Source of the DNA: Takakia lepidozioides
Taxonomy: Eukaryota > Plantae > Bryophyta
Assembly: GCA_030704615.1 (NCBI GenBank)
Contig: CM060734.1
Location: 59,706,001-59,770,000, forward strand
Direction: 5' to 3'
Length of the DNA stretch: 64,000 nt
The translations under genes and the position numbers were made by a program. Shown piece by piece: positions 35,991-49,800 of this stretch. Every line of letters starts with the position of its first letter. The stretch's first letter is position 1. The notes below the pieces were generated by a model, which saw only the letters and a program-made list of their open reading frames with translations, did not search any database and was not told the origin of the DNA.

Positions 35991-37027
35991 TGTTAGAGGG
36001 CTGCTTGGGACTTAGACGCTTTTACGGGATCTGTGGGGTACCCTTAATTTTTACACAGACTGAGACCAACAGGAGCCTTAGGGGTGACAGCAACAGGCTT
36101 TAGGGGGGAGATACACGGCCCGACACAGTCCGTCACAGCCCAACACAGCCAGTCATAGCCAACACAGTCCGTCACAGCTTTGCACAGCCAACACAGCCCG
36201 TCACAGTCCGACACGACCGACACAGCCGACATAGTCAGATACAGCCGCCACAGCTTCGCACAGCCCTACACAGCCCAACACAGCCAGTCACAGCCCGATA
36301 CAGCCGCCACAGCTTCGCACAGCCCTACACAGCCCGACACAGCCAGTCACAGCCCGCCACAGCCTGAAACAGCCAGTCACAGCTCGGCACAGCTGGGGGA
36401 CAGTTATCATTGGCAGGGAACGACGGTGGGGGAACGACATCTGAAAAAAGAACGTGTACTACAGGGATGACGGTTAATGAGGAAAGCGGTTAGAATAGCT
36501 TGTAGGTAGAAAAAATGAAGAGCGGGGAGGTCTGGGATCACTTCTTGGTGGGGGACTTCGGGCATCAGGGCTTGGAAATAGAGGGGAGAGCACATCTCTG
36601 AGGGGAAAGATGAAGAGCACGGAGTAGGAGAAATGACGATCTGTTGTTACTTGATGAATGCAAGCTGTAGAATTGTAATATAGAGTAGATTAGAGACACC
36701 ATGGCTTCAGCCTGATACTTGATAGATGTTAATCTGATACATACTTCATACTCACACTGTGTAGAGAGACCTGAGTGAAGCTGTGGAATGAATAGATAGA
36801 ACTTGATAGATTTCTGAAAAAAAATGATACTTAATTGCAGAAAGTAAGGTAACTCGCTAACATGAATGCGAGAAGGAGTATAAATAAGAAACACCCCCAT
36901 GATACACTAGTTGTAGGTCATGACTGATTGTTCTGAGCGGGCTGAGTGCTTAGAGATTTCCAACTCTTTTATCTTGGAGTTCCCACCTCGGATAGCGAAG
37001 GGATGGGTGAGTAAAAGCCGCTCGACA
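35991..37027 (+). repeat. Family-2 5' LTR containing a CACAGC-rich array
   Basis: TGTTAGAGG…GCCGCTCGACA; homologous to 41438-42484 (reverse complement) and 55636-56737. Confidence 0.9.
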
Positions 37028-37615
37028 TTTGGCGACCATACTGGGGAACTGGGTCATGAACAACCAGATGTGACAGGCATCTGGTGGGATCGTGGTGGTT
37101 GGAGAATTAAAGAATTTGATGTGAATCAAATTCCTTGTGAAACTGAGAAGGAAAGTTTGTCCAAACGATTCTTTCAGAGGTTCTTGGAATTGCCAGACGG
37201 TTGTAAAGAAAACATTCTTAAGAGAGTGCATGATGCTGACCCTGAGTGGGGTCTGGAGAAAGGAGTGATAAAGATTTATCAGGTGGCCTGTAGAGGAAGA
37301 GCACGTTGGTTACCAACACTGGTTTATGTGATAGCATTGCTATCCATTAAACGAGTAGAGTTTGAAGGCTGGGAGGAAAGAAAGGTGAATGTTTATACTC
37401 ATATGCATGAAGAGCTTGTACTGGTAAAGAATTGGATTCCAAAGGATATTTTGTGGATCAAACTCACACCAAGAACAGCTTTCCAGACTTGTTTGCCATA
37501 TGGTTATATGGTAACGGAGACTTCTAGTATAGCCAAGGGTGCATTGAAGCTTGAAAGAAACCCAGGCATATACGAGAGATATTACAGAAGAGAGTTTTGG
37601 TTATTGCCACATTAA
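36920..37615 (+). CDS. Extra 5' ORF of unknown function; true start uncertain
   Basis: 231-codon open frame running from the LTR to just before gag. Confidence 0.45.
   Translation: MTDCSERAECLEISNSFILEFPPRIAKGWVSKSRSTFGDHTGELGHEQPDVTGIWWDRGGWRIKEFDVNQIPCETEKESLSKRFFQRFLELPDGCKENILKRVHDADPEWGLEKGVIKIYQVACRGRARWLPTLVYVIALLSIKRVEFEGWEERKVNVYTHMHEELVLVKNWIPKDILWIKLTPRTAFQTCLPYGYMVTETSSIAKGALKLERNPGIYERYYRREFWLLPH
37030..37047 (+). promoter_or_regulatory. tRNA primer-binding site, probably tRNA-Arg
   Basis: TGGCGACCATACTGGGGA, two nt after the LTR. Confidence 0.7.
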
Positions 37616-37636
37616 AAGAAATGAAAGACATGGGAC

Positions 37637-40600
37637 ATGAGTGATGAAAGAGAAGCTAGACTCCAGAGATATTCAGCAAAAAGAGAAAGCTATCTGAAAG
37701 CTAATTATCCATATCTTTGGGAGAGAGGAATAGACATAGGGGAATCATCTGGACCTCTCACACCATTAAGATTAGGGAGTACATCACCCATACCGGAAGA
37801 ACTAGAGTTGGATGCCACTCCTTCTGTTTCTTTGCAAGAAAGATTAAGGGAATTGGTACGGGAAGAAGATCAATCACGAGGTGAAAGATCTGAGGTACAT
37901 CCCTGGATAAAAGATTTGACAGAAATCTTTGATAAGAGTTGGCATGGAACACCAAAAGCAGGAACTCCAGTTTCTGAAGCAGAAGCTGAAGAAGGAGGAG
38001 AGGATGTGACAGAGCCAACGGAGAGTTCAGACTCTCCAACACCATTACAGTTGAGTTACATGAGTGAAGAAGAAACCCAAGGGCAGAACTTGGAGGATGA
38101 AAACAGAGAGAAGAAATTGGAAGAGGAAGAGTATGAAGAAGTAGACCCAACAGCTGAGGTTGAGACTACAACCGAGACATCCCAACCCGTTGGACCTGGA
38201 TCAAGTGGAGCACTTGGATCACAGGCCAACGAAGGTGTCGGCTCAGGGGGATCATGCGGGCTGCCTGGATCTGGCTCTGGGGGGACAGGGAGTGTCGGAA
38301 GTAGTGCAACTGGAGCTGGGAATATTGTGAATATCGTGGGGCCAGTAGCAAGGAGTGCTCAGGGGCCACCACTTGGTGGAAGATCCACCACAACTACAAC
38401 AGGTCCTCAAGGATCAGCACCAGCAAGGGTGCCAGCACCTGTCAGTGGGCAGAAGGTAGGGCCACAGATGGCGTTACAACCAACACGGGCAAAACCACAT
38501 TTTCCAATATATTCAGGAAAAAGGGATCCCGATGTACACATTAGCCAATTTGAGCACATGTGTATAGTGAACAATGAGAATGGCGATGATGCCAAGATGA
38601 GATTGTTTTCTTGTTCACTTATCAAGAAAGCAAGTGAATGGTATGCAAGATTTCCTGATAATCATTTCCTAACCTGGAATGGCTTGAATACAACATTCCG
38701 AAATAGGTTCAGGACAAGTAAAACTGAGGATGAAGTGTATGGAAGTTTACAACAGTTAAAGCAAAAGAAGCATGAAACTGTTGAGGAGTATATGAAAAAG
38801 ATGGAATTGATGATAAAAAAGCTGGCTGCTGTACCACCACCAGGTCTACAGAAGACTTGGTTTGCGAGTGGACTAAGACCAGAATTGCAAAAGAAAGTGG
38901 ATATGTTACCCCATAATACAGTGGAGGAGGCATTTGAAACAGCGAACAGAATTGAGCAGTTGGGAATGCTCAGGAGAGAGAAAAGGGATGATGAGGACTC
39001 TGAGGATGAGTCAGATGAAGAAGAAGAGCAAGAACTAAAAAGAAAGAGTAAGAGAAAGGAGAAGTTGAAGAGGGATAACTATGAGAAAAGATTAGAAGAA
39101 ATCTTGAAGAAGTATGCCACAGAAGCTACAACACATTGGAGGAAGGGTGTTTGGTGTGCAAAGTGCCAGAATGAAGGCCATACCACCACTGAATGCCACA
39201 TGAAGGATAAACATTGTACCATCTGTAAGATGGATAACCATTCTACTGAGAATTGTTACTACAACAGAAGGACAGCTGCAAGAGAACCTAGGCAAGTAAG
39301 GGTGCATCAAGTGCAGCCCCAGCCAAGAAGAAACAATGATCAGGACCACTATGGAAGGCCTGGTGGTTATAACAATGGCATGGAAGGGAGAGGTAATTCA
39401 AGAGGGAATTACCAAGGAAATTCCAGAGGCAACTATCAGGGTAATCCAAGGGGGAATTACCAGCCAGGGAATCAGGATTACAGAAATAATCCAAGAGCAG
39501 ACCAAGGGCGAGGACCCAATGGTGAAGAACTGTGTTACTATTGTAATCAACCAGGACATCGCAAGGCAGCCTGTTCATTCTGGATTAGACACCAAAATGA
39601 GATGAGAGCTCCTGTGAATGAGGGCCCAGTGGTGGCAGCTCACATGGTTAGGCCATGTGTTGTACCAGAAGTAAGTACAATGATAGTAACAAGAAGCAAA
39701 GCCAAACTAATACCTCCAGTAGTTGAGGAAGATGATGATAATGAAGATGGCAGTGATATGCCTGAAGATGATGAGGCTTGGAGAGATGAGAAGGAACTGC
39801 ACAAGGAAGTGGCAGATACCATAAGGGAAATGCAGAAGAGTACTGATATTCCTGTGGCAGATTCCTCTGATTCTGATGGAGAAGAAGAAGTGAGTGAGGA
39901 TGAAAGGAAGAAAGAAGTTGCAGACATGCAAAGTAATGAACGGACTTTGGCTGAAGTAATATGCCAGACCAAAGCAGAGATTACCATTGGACAGCTATTG
40001 GCTGTGGCACCTTATTGTAGACACAGGCTGTATCAAGCAATCAATCGAATTGTCCAGGAGACAGGAAACACAGACCTGAACAGCAAGGTGACCAGTTATA
40101 ATGTGAAGCCGGAAGGGCGAGAAACAGTCCTGGACTTTGATGATTCTATGCCAGTAATCCAATTGAGAATTGGAAGCACAGAACTAACTGATGTATTGAT
40201 AGATGGAGGTTCTGAAGTAAATATCATGACAGACCAATTAAGGAAGAAGCTGGGTCTAAGTAACATGAAGCCAGCCCCATTTACAGTAACAATGGAAAAT
40301 CAAAGAAGTGTACAGCCATTGGGATTGATAAGAGGGGTTAAGATACAGATACAAAAGATGATCTTTATGATCATAGTAACTGTGTTGAAGATGGATGAAG
40401 TCATGGAGGCTTACTCCTTATTATTGGGACGTCCATGGCTGAAACAGGCCAGGGTATTCCATGATTGGAATTCTCAATTACTAACTGTGCATAATGGGAT
40501 GCACAAGATACAAATTACTACTAAGAAATCTAGCAGATTACCTGCTACGAGAAGACCTCGAGGGGTCAGGGAGTATGACTGGAGGGGAGGACTGGATGAG

Positions 40601-41437
40601 GAGCAGGAAGCTACTCTATTCGCTGCACACCCAGAGTGGGAGCAAGTTGCAGAGATGCAGCTGGAAGGCCTAAGTTGTTTAAAAGGTATCTGTTGTGGTG
40701 TAGTGACAGCAACACCAATTGAAGGAGAAATAAGCAGTTACCCACCACATTTTTATGAAGAAAGAGAAGGAGAAATGGAAATCCTAGAGGAACCAGCCAC
40801 TGTGAGTTTACAGGATGAAGTGGTGACTGGTTGGACAATCACAGCTGATGAGCAGGCGAGAGAAGTGAATGTGGGAACTGAAGAAGAACCGAGGATGGTG
40901 AAGGTAGGAGCTGATTTGAAGCCGGAATTCTTTGAGGAAGCTAAGAGTTTGTTCATCAAATACAGAGATGTATTTGCTTGGAGCTACGAGGATCTAAAAG
41001 GGATACCACCTGAGATCTATCAGCATAAGATTGAATTGGAACCAGGGTCAGTACCAATCAAACAGGCAAGGTACAGAATGAATCCCAACTATGCACAGAA
41101 GGTTGGAGAAGAGATCAAGAAGTTGGCTTAGGCTAAGTTTATATACCCAATAGAGTATACAACTTGGTTGTCACCCATTGTGATAGTTCCCAAGAAGAAT
41201 GGTAAACTGAGAGTTTGTGTGAACTATAAGAAGTTGAATGCTTGCACGAAGAAAGATCCATTTCCCTTGCCATTCACAGAAGCAGTATTGGGCACCGTGG
41301 CAGGCCATGAGATGTACTCATTCATGGATGGCTTCAGTGGTTATAATCAAGTGCAAGTGGTAGAAGAAGACCAGGGAAAGATAGCTTTCATCACAGACTG
41401 GGGTGCTTATGCATACAAAGTCATGCCCTTTGGACTT
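37637..41437 (+). CDS. Gag-protease-partial RT; premature TAG at 41129
   Basis: PIYSGKRDPDVHI, LKQKKHETV, three Zn knuckles (CYYCNQPGHRKAAC among them), VLIDGGS, LLLGRPWL, YRMNPNYA, MDGFSGYNQ. Confidence 0.9.
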
Positions 41438-42484
41438 TGTCGCGCGGCTTTTACTCACCCATCCCTTCGCTATCCGAGGCGGAAACTCCAAGATAGAAGA
41501 GTTGGAAATCTCTAAGTACTCAGCCCGCGCAGAACAATCAGTCATGACCTACAGCTAGTGTATCATGGGGGTGTTTCCTATTTGTTTCCCTTTTCGCATT
41601 CATCTTAGCTACCTTACCATTGATAATTACGTATTAGTTTCCTTCACTCCTCCATTCAATCCACAGCTTCACTCAGATCTCTCTACACAGTGTGATTGTA
41701 TCGTATAAATATCAGATTATGATTTATCAGGTATCAGGCCGAAGCCATTGTATCTCTATTCTCCTCTACAATATCCCTACGGCTTTGCATCTAACAAGCA
41801 TCTACTAATCCTCCTTCATCGTGCTCTCCGATCTCCGCTTCCGCCTGACTCCCAAGTCCTCCCCGAATAATGATCTCATCATAATCCCCGTTCTTCCCTT
41901 TATCCTCCTATCCGCGGTTCTAACCGTTTCCCTCTCTAACCGTCGTATGTGAACTAACATGTTCCCTTCTCTGGTGTTGTTCCCCACAGTCGTTCCCTGT
42001 CCTACTCTTCGTTCCCTATTATCGTGACAGCTGTGTCAAGCGGTGACTGGCTGTTTGGCTGTGTCGGGCTGTGACTGGCTGTGTGGCTATGCCGGGCTGT
42101 GACTGGCTGTGTGGGCTGTGTCTGCTGTGACGACTGTGACGGGCTGTGTGGGCTGTGTGGGCTGTGACGGCTGTGACGGGCTGTGTTGGCTGTGACGGCT
42201 GTGTGGGCTGTGTGGGCTGTGTCGGCTGTGTGGGCTGTGACTGTGGCTGTGACGGGCTGTGACGGCTGTGTGGGCTGTGTGGGCTGTGACGACTATGACG
42301 GGCTGTGTGGGCTGTGTGGGCTGTGACGGCTGTGACTGCTGTGTGGGCTGTGTGGGTTGTGTAACCCCCTTCTACAGTGCTCTGCTGTCACCCCTAAGGT
42401 TCCTGTTTGTCTCAGTCTGTGCAAAAATTAAGGGTACCCTACAGATCCCGTATAAGTGTCTAAGTCCCCTACAGTCCTCTAACA
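41438..42484 (-). repeat. Family-2 3' LTR
   Basis: TG…CA ends; preceded on the minus strand by the PPT GAGGGGGGAAGGGGTAA. Confidence 0.9.
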
Positions 42485-42522
42485 TTACCCCTTCCCCCCT
42501 CAAAAAGCCGTGTCCTCACGGT

Positions 42523-45500
42523 TTACTGTTTTCGAGTAGCAAACCTTTGTGAGTGATCACTTTGACGTTGAGAGTTTCGTGGTGGGCTGTGTGTACGAGC
42601 CCGAGGTCTGTCTCTGGTTGATGGAGATGGTTGATTACTACCTGGATAAGTGAGGCCTTCTGGAGGCTGATATCGAGGTAATCTTTCCGGCAGAGGAGAT
42701 CCCCTTTGTTTCTTCGCTTCCATCTGAATTGTATAGTCTTCTCCCATGTCAAAAGAATTTTGTGAAGAACCAGTTGTATCAGAATCGTCATCGCCTCTTA
42801 GGTGTTTTAATTTTCGAACTTTTTGTGGAATCATCTGGGGCATACAATGCTGTCCTACCATGTCTGGAAGTTTGCATTTTACAACCTGGTGCAACCGTTG
42901 AACAGCAAAATTGGTGTAGACACTGAGCTCCTTGTCTGTCCAAATGAGTGGGGTACCAATTACTGGTGCCGCGTGCAAGTATTTCCATGCGATATGTCCC
43001 TTATAGAAAATGTCATCAAGTCCGAATTTCTGTGTTGACAAATTGTTGCAGGCTGCTTGAAACCATGAACGAATTTGAGAATCCTTCTGTATCATAACTT
43101 TTGGGTCATATAGGTACATATGAGGTGGCACCGAAGGTAATACCCAATGATCTCCACTGGAGTAACTTTGAAAGCGTGCTTGCATCTTTTGTTGCTCAAT
43201 GTGGTAACGTATCAGAAAACAAGCAGCGTAGTATAGCCCGCACCCCATGACAATACTTGATATCTCCTTGGTCTTGGTATAAATGAGTCCATGTACAACC
43301 TGGAAAGCAACCAATTCCCTCAACATTGTACCTGCCTCGTGCCAGTATTGTGCAAAGTGATGATCTTCAATATGTCGATTGTTTGGAAGAACTTTAGTCC
43401 TGGTTGCCACTGGCAGCCAAATACGCATGATTTGGTAGTAATGTGCGAATGACTGCGGAGGACTAAATTCTTTCCAAGCCAAATCCAACATGAATGGAAT
43501 TTGGTTGAAGGGCATAATCATAGCCCTACTGTACTCCCTGGCAGCTGGAGTTTTAGGTGGGTTAAAAGCTGCATTGCCCCATACCTCCGGCTGTGGTGGC
43601 TGTGGTGTGGTTGTAGTAACCACAGGTTCAGTTACTGGTACACTGACCTGTTGTGGTGGTGGTGGTAGTGGTTCCTGTACCATTGGCATCTCTTGCACCT
43701 CCTGTGAAGACTGAAAAGCCAGAGTTCTGGCTTTCAAATAAGAAGCCATTAGCTGTTCCCGAGGGATATAGACTCTTTGGTCGATGTTTGAAGTGAGGTC
43801 TTCCACTTGAGTCTGGAGTCCGTCTACATCCTCTTGTAACTCTGCTATCCTACTATAGACATTGTCTATAGTAGTTGTGGCAATGTTCTGCACCTGCAGT
43901 CTAAGCTCATTCATCTCGCTTTGGGTGAGCTTCCGTGGGGCTTTGCCTTCTACTGGCCCTTGTGCTAGCCAGACCTGCATAAGGCTGTTATCCACCAAGC
44001 TGCTTGTGGTTCCCCTGAGAGTTTGCTCCTCTCTTAGCTTATACAATTCCAACTGCTGTTGTAAATCCTTCATGCGCTTCGCCTGTGGCTCAACCAATTG
44101 CGCATAGGCAACAAGTAGATTATTGGCTTCTTTCGAAGCCTTGTTACTGATTGAGATTTCATTTCTATTGGCCACGATGTTTTGTTGCAACTCCACGATG
44201 TATTTCTCATTCTCAGCTTCCATCTGCCTGTATTGCTTGAGAGTATCTTCATTGCGACAGATTGTATTCTTCATATCGACAATGAGCTTCATGTGCTCCG
44301 CATTCTCTTCTTCTGCCTTCGTACATTTTTCCGCTTGACTGTTTATTTCTTTTGTTGATTGGTCAAGCATAGTTGTAATTGTAGCGCATTGTATTGCCAT
44401 CCTGTTATGCACTCTTTGCAACTCCGTATGTAGTGCATTCAGTTCTTGCAACTTGCTTTCATGCTGCACCTGCATTTGGTATAGCTGTTGCTTATGTGCT
44501 TCGTGCAACTGGTCTTGCGCGAGGCCTGCCTCAATCAATTGTTGCTTGGCTAATTGCAAAGCCATTTCTGTATTGGCCAAGTCCTGCTTCATCTTGAGAG
44601 TGACCTCTTCATCGACCTTGTTTGCACACTCAGTGGCAAGTCGAGCCTCAAACTCCTTCCTGAGTTCTTCTTTCAAGGCTGTCAATTGGGTAATTGGAAC
44701 ATGGGTTTTGACATAAGTCCCCAACAAATTAAGTGTCCTGCCTATGGAACTCATCAGCATTTCCTGTTGAGGGTCATCATGGTGAGGTTGCTGCTGTTCC
44801 TCCCGATCTTCAACAGTATGATGTCTCACTAACCATTCAGACCATTGTCCCACCGGATTTTCTTCCTGAACTACTTCATTCATGACCGGTGCTACAGTGT
44901 CATGGCCTTCTGCCTGTGGTACCTCCAACACAGATGTGTGCATTATATGCACCTCAGGATTTCCTTTGGGCAACTGTTGCACCTCTGGGATTTCTGTCTC
45001 CTTTACCAGACCAGAATATTCATAGAGAAGGTCCCCTTTCTCTATTTCTGCCACTATCTGCTCTGTAGTTGGAATCTCTATCCCTTCACTTTCCAAATCA
45101 ATTATTTCGGTTTGAGCTGCATGGATAACTTGTGACCTTGTGACAAGTCGTTCAAGTGGCTGTGTTGGTTGTGATGCAGAAGTAACTTCTTCCTCCCTCT
45201 CTGAAGGTCCTGCTTCCAGTAATAACATTCTTTTGTGCTGCTGTGCCCCTTCCTGGTTATGAGCTTGGGAAACATTATCATGCGGAATCCGTGAAGCCAG
45301 TGGATCCGCCACTACAGTCTTTCCCCTTCTCTGCCTCTTAGTCTCTGGTTGTGCTGCTAGTCCACCCTCACTGTGTGAAGAGCCTTGCTCTTCCATTGCA
45401 GTTGCTTCTGGCTCAAACACTCCCATTTCCTTCCTTTCTTGTGCATTAAGTATGCCCGAACTAAGGATTATTTGAGCAATGATTGGGCCAGACACTATGA

Positions 45501-46199
45501 TAGGAGATTTTGCGGTAGTACTTTGTAATCTTTTCATCTCCTCTACCAGTGCATTGTACATTATGTCCGCCCATAGTACCTCTTGTCCCTTCAAGCCTTT
45601 GAGGATTTCCTCTGTGAAGGATTTGCTCAAATATTGTTGGTTCTGTTTCAGGGCAATCAGAACGTTCAATACTTGGCTTATGTCTTTTAACCCTGGGTAC
45701 ACAGCTTTGGTACAAGCATAACCCTGAGTTTTAAAGAAACTCCCTTCTTGGAATAAATCCCCTATTTGCAGTCTTCCCTGTGTTCTTCCACATACACATG
45801 ACCTGCTGGCAATTGAAACAATTGCTGGAGGTATAGGGGAGTAATCATTAATTCAACTCCCTTCACCGTTGTTGTTCCTGTCTTTGGCTCAAAGTTCTGC
45901 AAAAATTGTAACATGTACTGTCTATGGTGTAGTGTCCAATCCTTGCTTTGCAATCCTTCCAATCTCAGCTCCTTCAGTATCTTTGTCGCCTGTGGGGTAG
46001 CCATCGTTTGTTTCTGCAGAATGGTGGTGCTCTTCACCCTGATTTCCTCCATTCCTCTCACTCTCTTCATCTTAGACTCACCGAACTGCTTTGGCTGTAA
46101 CAACTGCAGGAGTGCCTGTAGTGCACAAAGCAGAGAAACGTATGGTTGCCGCAGAAAGCTATGGGTAACTTCTTGTAAGCCTGCGGGGCTTGCAAGCAT
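42523..46199 (-). CDS. Large extra 3' ORF (~1200 aa, frameshift near 45760) with a long coiled coil
   Basis: 1059-aa ORF plus the upstream 145-aa ORF. N-terminal MLQFLQNF…TTVKGVELMIT…LFQLP resembles plant-retroelement extra-ORF domains. Central Q/E/K/L heptad region. Confidence 0.7.
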
Positions 46200-46880
46200 T
46201 GTTCAAGAGAAAAGCTCTGCTCTTTCGTTTCGTGTCTCTGCCACTGCGTAAGTAATATTGCGAGCGTAATGTCTGTTAGTTCCTCCATAGTTTCCAAGTT
46301 ATAGCATTTATGGCCTGTCCTGTCGAGACGCCCGTTACTCTGAACGACGCCGCCTCTTGCGCTCAATTTCCCTCCATTTTCTTGATCATTTTTCTGGTTT
46401 TCTATTGGCTGTGGCCGCTGTGACTGGATTTTAACTTTTATCTTCTTTAGTGGACTTTCCCTGTTGGATAGTCCACTAGGATCACACATGCGACATGAAT
46501 TCGGCTTTTCTGTACTTGCCGTTCGTTCTGTTTCCCTTTTTCCGTAATCATTAATGGGTCCGCCTTTCATCCCTTTTGACGGCCGTTCTTGTCCTCTTTC
46601 TTTTTGACACCTGTCCTTGCACTTCATTCTCTGCTGTGTGTCGCACCCTGACCTCCACGTGTCTATTTTTAAATTAATTTCCGTTTCTTCTTCCTTCAGC
46701 CATTTTACTGAAGTTTTTATGTGTCCACTTGTCACTGATTCTATGGATCGTGTAACTTTAGTAGGCTGTCTTGAGCTGTGATAGGCTGTGTTGCACTGTG
46801 GTAAGCTGTGATAGGCTGTGACACGCTGCGGTAGGTTGTGATAGGCTGTGTCACGCCTTGCTGGGTTGTAGTTGGCTGTG

Positions 46881-49800
46881 TCACGTCGTGACGGGCTGTG
46901 ATAGGCTGTGTGTCACGTCGTGACGGGCTGTGGTAAGCTGTGTTACGCCTTGCTGGGCTGTGGCTGTGGTGGCTGTGTCACGTCGTGATGGGCTGTGATA
47001 GGCTGTGTCACGCCTTGATGGGCTGTGATAGGCTGTGTCACGTTTGTTTTGCCCACCCCGGTCATATATACTGGGCCTAGCGACAAGTGTTCCATACTCC
47101 GTTCGTAACACTGGTGCAGCCCGTGACTGCTCTTGCGGTTCAACATGCAAATCATGTTGCAGGGGTTTGTCATGGATACCACTGTACCCCTTCAACTTAT
47201 TTGCATTGACTCTTCCCAGCATTTCCTTGTTAATGGTTTGTAACATGGCTGTGTTGTTATCATACATCTTTTGTATGACATAAGGTCCTTTCCATGGTGA
47301 TTTAAGCTTAGAAGCTTGAATCTTTCCTTTCTTCTGCAACCATAAAACCAAATCCCCCGTCTTAAAAGTCTTTAATTTGCCTTTATCAAACTGTTCCTTT
47401 CGCTTCATCTGAATTCTGGTCATATTATCAGCTGCATCAGCACGTACTTCTTCCACATGGTATAATTCATGTTTCCTGACCTTGATGGAGTCTTGCAATT
47501 CCATTCTTTTTCCCCACTCTGTTCTCATGGTAGGTAACAGGAATTCCACTGGAAGTAAGGCTTCCATACCATAAACTAATTGGAATGGTGTATACTTAGT
47601 GGTGACTTTATATGAAGTCCTGTATGACCACAAAGCTGTCAGCAGCTTTGTATCCCAATCCGTTCTGTTTGCATTGACTATCTTAGCCAAGATAGTACAT
47701 AGTATTTTGTTGGTAGCCTCTGCCTGTCCATTACCCTGTGGGTAATATGTTGTACTCTTTCTATGCACAATCATAAACTCTTTAGTCAATAACTCAATGG
47801 TCTCATTCATGAAGTGACTTCCTTGATCACTGATAAATTCTAAGGGACATCCAAATCGTGTAAGTATGTTCTCGTACAGGAACCTTGCTGTGGACTTGGC
47901 TGTGTTGTCCCTCAAAGCTTTAGCTTCCACCCACTTTGTAGTATAATCAGTGGCTGTAATTATGTACCTGTTTCGTGTATTCTTGGATGGTGGATTAATT
48001 GGTCCAACAAAGTCTAGTCCCCATTTCTGAAATGGTTCCGTAGGCATTGTAGGATGCAAGGCCATTCTTCCAGATCTCTGCAAAGGTCCTAGCCTCTGAC
48101 ATTCATCACACTTCTGACAATACTCATGTACATCTTTGAACAACGTAGGCCACCAGTATCCTGCGAGTAGTATCTTTCTACTGGTAGTCTCTTCTCCAAA
48201 ATGACCTCCAGCCACTCCTTTATGAACTTCCTCCAAGACTTTATTTACTTCATGGTGGTACAAGCATCGTTTTAGTACTCCATCAGGTCCTAACTTATAC
48301 ATTCTGCTTCCTACCATAGTATAAGGTAAAGCTCTGATAGCAATTCTTTTCCTTTGCTCCTTACCATAACTAGGTGGGCACTGACCATGAGCAAGGTAGT
48401 ATCTGATTGGCCATTGCCAATCTAACCATTCATCTGCACTTCCTTGCACCTCCATTACAAATAAACTCGCATCAGGTAACTGATCGTCCACTCCTGTGGC
48501 GGCCTCTCCTGTTGTTAGTCGTGACAAATGATCTGCCACAAGATGCAAACGGCCAGGCTTGTAAATAACCTCGAACTCAAACTCATGCAAGATTATTAAC
48601 CACCTCGCTATCCTTCCACTTATCAAAGGTTTGTTCACCAGATATATCAGAGCCTGGTGATCCACATAAAACATAAACTTTCTTCCCAATAGGTAATGCC
48701 TGAATTTCTTCACTGCATAGATCATTGCCAATGCTTCTCTTTCCGTTGTGCTATAGTTCCTCTCAGCACTGTTCATCAACCGGCTAGCATAGTACACAGG
48801 TGAATCTATATTCCCTGTAACATTCTGGGCTAACACCGCTCCCAATGCTTCTCCTGATGCATCGCAGTGAACATGAAATACTACATGCCAGTGAGGGTTA
48901 ATCAGCACAGGTGTAGTTGTTACTGACAGTGTAAGTTCCTCAAACGCCTGTTGACATTCAGCTGTCCATGCAAACACTGCATCTTTCTTCAGAAGCTTGC
49001 TCAATGGTGCTGCTATTTGTGCATACCTTTTGACAAATCTTCTGTAATAACTGGTTTGCCCAAGGAATCTCCTTAAACTCTTAACATTCACTGGTGGTGG
49101 AGAGACTTTAATGGACTCTGTCTTCCTGGGATCCACAAGAAGTCCCTTCTTACACACTATGTGTCCCAGAAGCACCCCTGAGTTCACACAGAAAGTACAC
49201 TTCTCTGGATTCAAGCCCAGACCTCTCATCCTGCATCTGGCCAGGCATAACTCCAATTTATGCAAGTGCTCATTCTTAGAGCTGTACACACTGAAATCAT
49301 CCAAAAACACCTGCATGAAATCATCCAGATACTCTTGAAAAGATTCACTTATCACTCTCTGAAAGGTCGCTGGTGCATTACAAAGTCCAAAGGGCATGAC
49401 TTTGTATGCATAAGCCCCCCAGTCTGTGATGAAAGCTGTTTTCCCTTGGTCTTCTTCTGCCACTTGCACTTGATTATAACCACTGAAGCCATCCATGAAT
49501 GAGTACATCTCATGGCCTGCCACAGTGTCTAATACTGCTTCTGTGAATGGCAAAGGGAAAGGATCTTTCTTCGTACAAGCATTCAGCTTCTTATAGTTCA
49601 CACATACTCTTAGTTTGCCATTCTTCTTGGGAACTATAACAATGGGTGACAACCAAGTTGTATACTCTATTGGGTATATAAACTTAGCCTCAGCCAACTT
49701 CTTTATCTCTTCTCCAACCTTCTGTGCGTAGTTGGGATTCATTCTATACCTCGCCTGTTTGATTGGCACTGACCCTGGTTCCAGTTCAATTTTATGCTGA

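Larger units (their letters stand above)
35991..41437 (+). mobile_element. Non-chromovirus Ty3/Gypsy (Phygy/Athila-like, family 2), 5' half
   Basis: LTR, tRNA PBS, extra ORF, gag-PR-RT; cut at MPFGL by an inverted copy of the same family. Confidence 0.88.

Noticed and set aside
41129-41131. Programmed readthrough in family-2 pol
   Set aside because: The sister copy has GAG at this codon and there is no CARYYA context, so it is a point mutation.
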